Positions 56,180 through 64,000 of a stretch of 64,000 nt of DNA are shown in pieces. A program made the translations under genes and the position numbers. Numbering within the stretch: position 1 is the first letter of the stretch; the number at the start of each line of letters is the position of its first letter. Source of the DNA: Phoronis australis (lineage: Eukaryota > Animalia > Phoronida); NCBI GenBank assembly GCA_002633005.1, contig NMRA01000187.1, forward strand, positions 675,561 through 739,560. Direction: 5' to 3'. A model generated the notes under the pieces. That model worked only from the letters and a program-made list of their open reading frames with translations, made no database searches and had not been told where the DNA came from.

Positions 56180-57916
56180 CAGAACTAGAGCTATTTCAGT
56201 CGTTCTGGCCATGGGCATCTGAAAATTCACCTGCCAAAAACGATCTTAACCAAAAATGCACATATTTAGACTCACGGGCTTCCTGAGCAAAAACCAAAGA
56301 GAGACTTTATAATTGTGAATCTTGACTTATCTTCTATGAAATGAATGTTGAAGTGTATTCAATAACTAGTATTTTACGCTGTATTTCATCCTGTTTGGCT
56401 GGCTGAAAAACGAAAATGGTGGTCTCACATTATTGCTCACCGTGACAGGATTCCATATTCATCAACAACAACATCAAAACATCAGCGACTCAAGAAAACA
56501 CTTCACAGTTCATGGGGTTTGGCCAAGCTCAAAATTGTGAATTCCAAAACGGGGCATGTGTGCATTGCCAGGGAGTTTTAAAGCGGGCAACAGAAAAAGA
56601 ATCCTATGGCAACTACTGCAAGACTTGTCCGTGAAGCTTTTGCAAACTAGGACGCACATGGCAGACATTATGAAGATGAGTCTTCAGTTGCAACTTAGCA
56701 CTTAGTCCAATATTTTGTAGTCCACATGGGCTGCCTGTGGCTGGTCATAATCGGTTTGTTACATTGGCAGAGCTCCTTTCAACTCGAACAAATCAAACTT
56801 CTTTCGAACAGCACTTCATTCAATAGCCCAAATCTGCAACTGGCCATTTTTATGACATTATATCCCCTGGCAAGAGCAGTGTACAAATGGCCAGTAGCCA
56901 ATTTGGTTAACTGAACAAAGGACTGTTCGAAAAAAGTTTGATTGTCGGAGTATTTGACCAAGCTAGGAAGAGTTAAACACATCAACGACTTCCTAGGGTG
57001 TCCCTCTATGTGCAAAAGGTGTTTATATGACTTTTATGGTTTAATCAGTGTGAGGCATAATTCGGCAAAAAGCTTCCAGGAGCGTAAGGAGGGCCTATGG
57101 GATGGCCACCGTCTTTACTGCCAATTGAGACAGTGGTACTGTCTAGACTGATCAGGTGCCTCAAGTGGCCAACAACAGTGTCCCAATTGGTGCCTCTCCA
57201 AACTTACTTTGCAAAATGGAGTTGTGTGATAGAAAGTCCTTAAGCTAAGGAGCAAATTTGACCACCAGTTCGATTGATTTATCGTCGCTGGTTATAGTAC
57301 TGCAGTCCAAATTTTGACTGTGAAGTAAAAACTTCACCACAATCACAATTAGAACTAGTCAACAAATCGGCATTGGTTGGATATAACATATATAGCAATC
57401 ACTGAATAGTGGGTTCCTTTAACAGAGGATGAAACTGGTACTCATTAAATCAGGGACGGCTGGCGCTATATCCGACCATTATAAAACACATGAAGCTTTC
57501 CGTATACAGTCTGCCGGGAGATCGCTCTCCCCTACACTGTACCCGACTACAGCTCAACTAGACCACCGTCTCTACTAGCCTAGTACTACTAGGCCCTAGT
57601 AGTACTTAGCTAGTAGGCGTCTACTAGCTGGACATTGCCCGGTTATTCAGTGAAAACTGGTTCTCGACAGTTATTTTGAAGAGGGAATCGTTTACTCCAC
57701 CTTTATATAGGAGCTTCACCGTCTCTAATGGGGCCAGCTAAAGATGGTGGTCACTGTCTACGGCTCAACGCGTTGTGTATCATAACGTTTAGTACTTGAC
57801 TTGGGGCATCGTCATCGACATCGGATATGACACTGACCGAGATAACCTAGGTGTAAACAACTAGTGTGATGCACTCACAGAGCCAAAGACCGTCTCATGC
57901 TTCCGATACACTTTAC

Positions 57917-58030
57917 CTTTGACGCGCTCTCCAATTCACTGTCGTGGACCAATTAAACATACCAGCTAACAGGTCAAAACTACTATCAATCAAACTGTCG
58001 GACACCGAAATTTGTAAACATGGCGAGAAA
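57917..58030 (-). promoter_or_regulatory. Putative PLEKHH TSS region / non-coding first exon
   Basis: YY1-like AAACATGGCG at about 58016-58025 and a minus-strand donor AAG|GTAAAG at 57917/57916. The ATG-bearing exon has its own acceptor (ccctag|) at 56020, so an upstream UTR exon is expected. Confidence 0.4.
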
Positions 58031-58080
58031 ATGTGCCAAGGTAATGGTAATGTTATTACAGTTTCATGGGCATCGGTGTG

Positions 58081-58220
58081 CGTTCAGTAAAGCTAGGACC
58101 TACGCTAAGACCTTGCTAAAATCTAGCCTAAGTCACGTGCTCTTATTTGAAATACACGGCAATTTCTCGCGTAATCTCACGATGACTTGCTTTTTAGCGA
58201 GGTCCTAGCCTTACTGAACG
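58081..58220. mobile_element. MITE-like inverted-repeat element
   Basis: cgttcagtaaagctaggacct ... aggtcctagccttactgaacg (20/21 inverted match). Confidence 0.7.
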
Positions 58221-59882
58221 AGGACTTCACAACAGGTAGCTTGGGTCTATGTTTGTCATCACTGCCCATTGATTGCATCTAATAGAACAACAGGGAGTAC
58301 TAAGTCGCTTGTCACGTGATGTTTGTATTTCCCGCCAATGAGATTCAACTGAATATTGCTATTCAAACCAGAAATCCAGTGCAATTTGAGTCAAGAGAGA
58401 CGTGCGATCGCTACTGTTATATACGAAACCTTATTACTACTACGAGATCTATTTTTATTGTGTGGAGTGCCTCAACAAGTGAGCCGCCGTGCATGGTATT
58501 ACACCTTCTGTGGATCCATTACCCAGTAAGTACTATATGGTTGTATAACATGTGTTAAGTCCGCGTTAATTTTTATGAAAACGGATGTCAGGAAAACTCA
58601 GATGATTGACTAGAAAAAATACGATGCTGCCCTTAAGCTGCAGGTCGCTGCTTCTTGGAAAGGGGGTGTTTGGGGTGTGACCCTCAACAATTGTGTCCAT
58701 TTAGATGAGAAAAAAGTTGGGCAATGATGGCCGGAAAACTGAAAGCTGAGGAAAGAGTTCAATCAAGTGATAGTTTTGAAACGTGTGGTTGCACGTGGAT
58801 TTTGTATGTGTTCGTAATAAATTTACCTTTCTCTTTAATTGCGGTTTTTCTTACCAACAATTCAAGATCGGATGAGCCCGTATGTTTTTAAACCCCGCCC
58901 GCAATTCATCATTTACACTGAGCTAAACCGTGGGGCTAGCTTAAGATGCAACTTTGTTGCTTATCGCTAAGTAGTTGAAGCGATAGTTCTCTTTCAAAAT
59001 ATACACTTGAGTTCCTGCAAAATGGCAGTAGGTTGCACATTTCTTGATATACTGGAAATGGTTTCAAGTTTATTTCAGTAAGTATACCTTGGATTAACCA
59101 ACTGCCCCGGCGTCGAAGAACATGCAACAAATATCCTTATGAACTTTCATTCTACTTAAGCATAATGTTTTTGCACTGTTGATTAACCTTAAAAGGTTAC
59201 GTTGCTGTTATGAAGGAACTTTTGTGAAATTTGGAGTATTTTACTTATCTGAAATGTACTTTCAACCCGTTTAATCGCTTTTGTAAAAAAGACATTAAGA
59301 CCCTTAAATTAGGTCAGACTAGACAGCCCAATAAAGGGTTTCATCACAGGCAAACCGTGAACCACCACAATGGTTTTCAAGTTTTTGTTTTTGCCGCCAT
59401 AATGGAAACCATCGTGGAATTTTATTGAAAGTCATGTCTTGAATACTAATTGTTATCGCTGGAGATACAGCATTCTAAAGGTTTAAATGGTCCTTTATTA
59501 CTAAAGTGTAAACGAGACATGAAGACTGTTAATCTCCATTCGTGCTAAAAGTTCTCGAGTCCGAAATATATGAAAGATAAAGGCAAAAAAGCAAAGAAGT
59601 GACGTCCTACTCAAACCTTTTTGTAGAGGAACGATAAAAACAAGAAATAATTCAACAAAGTAAAGTCGCTGATAACACATTTCCGTTATGATGTCCAACA
59701 CGGCGAAAAAAGCCACCCAGAACAAAATCGTAAACAGACAAAAATGTTTTAATACATCATTAAAGTCTATTAACCATCGTGTGCCATATTTTTGCAATGA
59801 GATGCTGCCCTGCGGTAAAATCTCAATGATCAAGCCGTGGACACCATTTACTTTCACTGAAACCTGATCAGCAACCCTGATT

Positions 59883-61276
59883 CAGGGCTCGACGCTATGA
59901 TAATCGCCAGGTCGCATTTTGCGACCAACCCAAAATCCTAAGTCGCATTTTTAAAATCCAGATCGGATTTATAAATTCCAGTTCGCGAAAATTTCCCGCC
60001 ATTTTTATGGACCAAAATTGGCTTATAGGTCATCAGAAAATGCTTAAATTATGCTCTTATGACGTTAAATACTAAGAAATTTCACGCCGCAAAATTGAGT
60101 TCTTACAAGCACATCATGCATGCACCGCGTTACCGTTCTTCACTACCGCCATCCAGTGAAACCTTAGTCTGGAGCGCGAGGCAGTTGCCGACGTGAAAGT
60201 TAAATCAATGCTCTCTTACCGACACATGCAATCGATTAACTAAGTGTGCAACGTGAAAAAGGAGGAAATACTCGTTGAAAAAGTATCCGCGACTTTTCTA
60301 AGACTGACTTGGTACATGACTGTCATCAAAGTCGTTAAAGATCTAAAGATTGATAACTCTGAGTGCAAATTCCTTCCACTTGTTCGCAGGCCAAACTTTG
60401 CAACTTTACGTTTGAAAAAACCTTACAGTCGGAAGATATCCGTGGAAGGTTGCCCTACTCGCTGAATGACCTATTGATACGCGGAAACAATTCACTGCAA
60501 ATTTCACAACAAAAATGTAGGACTTTTGCTGTTTACGTAGTCAAAATTAGTTTTTCATAAAATAAATGCTTCGAAATGATTCCCAACCGTTTGGGTTTCT
60601 TTTATTCTGCCGAAATCCCGTAAAGGCATGCCCGTCATTTGGCGATTAATTCGGTTGTCATTTTCACGTTCGCTGTTTTTCGCGATAAAAAAACGAGACG
60701 TACTTTTCCAAGTCACGACGATCGTCTGCCGGGACCGCTTTCCGGCGCTAACAGTGGAACAGGCCAGTGCCGCAGTGCGATCAGGCATATTGCCGTGGGT
60801 GTTGCCGTAATTTGATATTAAGGACATCTTACATGAAAAATAAATGTTTTTCCACCACTAAGCTTGATAAGTTTAAGAATTAGTAGAAACACCGCTACTT
60901 TCTGACGTTTTATCGCGTCTTATGTCGAGATCCGAAACTTTCTTCGGCACATCCGGAAATTTGCAAAAATCCGAAACTATTGGTTCATAAAATGTGTCAA
61001 AGACCAATTCTGTATTCCCTTGTTCACGTGACATGTTTACAAGTCATCGGGACGGCTGTTCTCAATGAGTGTTCTTTTGAACTTGATTGGGCAACAACCA
61101 AATAACGGTCGGAATCATTTCCCAGGTATCTGATGCGAAGTTTAAAAACTCAGCGCTCATACGTTGGAAATTCCAGGTCGCATTTTGCGACTTAATGCGA
61201 GCTGGCCAAAATTTCAGCTCGCATTTCCAAATTTCTGGTCGCAAATGCGACCTGCAGCTCGTTATGTCGCGCCCTG
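59883..61276. mobile_element. Non-autonomous hAT-like DNA transposon, about 1.4 kb
   Basis: Ends CAGGGCTCGAC / GTCGCGCCCTG (10/11). Subterminal motif caggtcgcattttgcgac occurs near both ends. No transposase ORF, and no clean 8-bp TSD. Confidence 0.65.
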
Positions 61277-63129
61277 ACTGAACATCTCCAAATTTCCGTT
61301 TTTAGAACCAATTGCTGTTTTCATAGTTTCCTCTGCCTAATGTTTCACTTTTCGCATTATTTCACTGCTCCATGACACATTTCATGTTGTTTGCAAAGCG
61401 CACAGTAATTCGCCTAGTAAAGAGCACAAATTGCTGATGAAACAGTAGCACACTCAAACGTTAAGTAATCATTGAGCCTTCTTGAATTTTTTTCTGAATC
61501 TTACATCACCCTAACGCGATATCCTCGGACCCGCCGCTAATGCAGCGAAACTGAGAACTCTTATGACCCCGGCTATGGACTTCGGCTGACCGGAAAAATA
61601 CGATTTTCATGATACGGGGATACTCAGTAGATAAGCCCATGCGCGTGTATTCGAAATATGAAAATTTTCAGACGTTCAGTAACACCAAATAAACGCCCGG
61701 ACNTTGTAGTGAGCGAATTTAACACGGTGACAGATACGCGAAGCGATTCGCTGAAGAATGCTGTCCTCGCTTATTCGGAAAGGGGGGGGGGGGTGTGTAA
61801 ACGGAAAGTCATAGCTTCGGCTATTATGAAAATATCAGCTATTTTTCGCATAAAACTGTCACTGTGCCTTTTAATTTCAAGTTAATAAAATCATAGTTTG
61901 CAAAAACTTTGTTCGTTTTCATGAATGATACTAATATATACTCCACAAAACTGAACATTTGGCTAAAAGTTGTACTTTTAAGATTTAATTTTCCGGACGC
62001 TTGACACCAGAAGTTGTAACAACAGTTAAACGCCCATAAGCGTTTATCCGGCATAATTTTCCGAATAAACGCCCATGGGCGTTTCATCAGGTGGGGCTTA
62101 TCTACGAAAAATCCCTGCCAGTAAAGAAAGATGGACGTAGAGATCACCACACTTAAATTCATTATTGAATTCCTACACAGTGCATTAGAATTCTTCCCAG
62201 AAGCCGCGTTAGCGTTTTATTTGTACCTATTTAAGTCATAGGCGGATTTAGGGGGGGGGGGGGGNCTATGGCTAAGTATAGGCTTTCCCGCGATATCCCA
62301 GGCGATCGGCAGTGGCGCTGCTCCACTGTGCAATGAAGAAAATTTACCTGAGTGACGATGAAAAAACAGAAGCTGCTGGTAAGATGTGAATTTTAATCGA
62401 AGCCTTAGTGAATCACTCAGGAACTCGCAATACTCTCTTTGTCAAACCTTATCTTAAGACGATTTCCAAAGCAATTCCGTCATCATTGCCAACACGAAAA
62501 ACGGATTTGTTCTCATGGGCATTTAAAGACTGAAATACGACAAATTTGTTGAGAATTGATGGCACAAAATATAAAACGCGTAATAAGCATTACAAAAAGA
62601 AGTAGGTTTCGCGCGCAAACGCTGTGGACCATACACAAGTAGGTCTCTTAGTAGGAGATCAGTAGTTAAATCGTGGTGGTGTAGTGGGCAGGCGCTCTCT
62701 ATGCGCCAGGTCGTGAGATCGAGTCTTTGATACTCTTGAAGAAGACCCGCAAGTCACTTTCAAATACATTTTTCACCTGCGGTTCTGATTGGCTGGTCGA
62801 TGTCAACAGGTAGCGCTTTATACGTAAACAAACCGACATGACTTATGGAAGTGTAAACTAATGTGGAATGATATGGTTTGTGTTCTGTTACAAACAATTC
62901 GGTGAACATGGCGATATGTTCGAGAAATGGAAATCAGCCAGTTGTGGTTGTGCTATTCGATGTGCATTTTTCGTTGCCTGTCGGAGTGTCCTTTTCGGCT
63001 ATCGCGATGTCAAGCTCATAAACTGCCCAAGTTGCACCATATTAGCTATAGTCTATGGTTGCACATAACTGTAGTCTAAGTGTAGGCTACTTGGTCTTTC
63101 TGACGGTTATATTGATGCTGTAGAGAGAA

Positions 63130-63971
63130 AACTTTGTTCGCAAAGATGTTGACATGACTAAAATTGTTCACAGTCGGCCATTTTCCTCGTTTTTTTAAAG
63201 CTGACCAATCATTTTTGTGTTACACAAATATTCTTGGCCTGGGTCTGAGATTAGCTGGCAGGCAGAACTTGCTATACCAGACACTACTGAATGGTGGAAA
63301 AATGCCTACTTTGTGAACTTTACACTTGATGTAAAACTTAGATGGTTTCAGTTTAGACTGTCACATAGGATAATCCGCTGTAGCTCTTATCTTATTAAAA
63401 TTGGGGTTAGTAATTTCCCCTTCTGTACATTTTGTAAGAGGGAACCTGAGACTTTGTTCATTTATAGGCCTACTGGCAATGTGATATTGTTCAAAATTTT
63501 CGGAACAATGTTGAAGACTGGGTTACAAAAAAACCCAATATTTCACTGGGTACAAATGTACTTACAGTTTGCTTTGGAAACATATGTAGAAACCAATCAA
63601 TTCAAAATTTAATCTTGTATCTTTGCAAGTTCTATTTATATAAGCAACGTCTCATTGGCAATACCTCCAAATTTAATTATATTGTCAAAAGAAATCCAAC
63701 TATATTACTCCTGTGAAATTTATATTTATTCAAAAAGTTTAGAAATACAAAAGTTTACAAATAGATGGTCACAAATGCATAATCTAAGAGCAATGTATAA
63801 GGATATTTCATCACTCCATAATAGTCTCTCCCTTTTTCATAGGCATACACTAGTGCACACTGTCTTGTATCTTTTTTACATGTATTTCTAAAATCCAGTT
63901 CACATATTATACTTTTAGCTGGGTATAATTGCTTATGTTGAACTGGGATATTAAAAAATTTAAAAAAAAAA
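63130..63971 (+). mobile_element. 5'-truncated, frameshifted non-LTR retrotransposon (L1/Tx1-like) 3' end with zf-RVT region
   Basis: KLRWFQFRLSHRII...CTFCKREPETL followed in another frame by YWQCDIVQNF (CCHC-type zinc knuckle downstream of RT), later frameshifted fragments (KFTNRW), and an A-rich tail at about 63952-63971. Confidence 0.8.
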
Positions 63972-64000
63972 CAATCACGAGTATGGTAGTTGTGGACTTG

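Overview
AT-rich, intron-rich metazoan (probably invertebrate) genomic DNA. Most ORF-track entries are spurious, because the real genes are split into short exons that I assembled by hand from GT-AG boundaries and reading-frame continuity. Three protein-coding genes are supported. (1) A SCCPDH-like saccharopine dehydrogenase-like oxidoreductase on the minus strand (ATG 11658, 10 exons visible, 3' end runs off the window). (2) A divergently transcribed SUSD4/SUSD6-like type I membrane protein on the plus strand, with five sushi/CCP domains and PPxY/LPxY motifs (about 12.4-20.7 kb). (3) A convergent PLEKHH1/2 (MAX-1)-like gene on the minus strand encoding coiled coil, 2xPH, MyTH4 and FERM (27 coding exons, 55949-24722). 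The non-coding DNA carries many MITEs/non-autonomous DNA transposons, tRNA-derived SINE remnants, a LINE 3' fragment, minisatellites and two N-bounded duplications that look like assembly artefacts. I see no convincing new multi-gene system. The most unusual signal is a 21-bp tandem array that multiplies an exon/intron junction in frame, in heptad units, inside the PLEKHH coiled coil.
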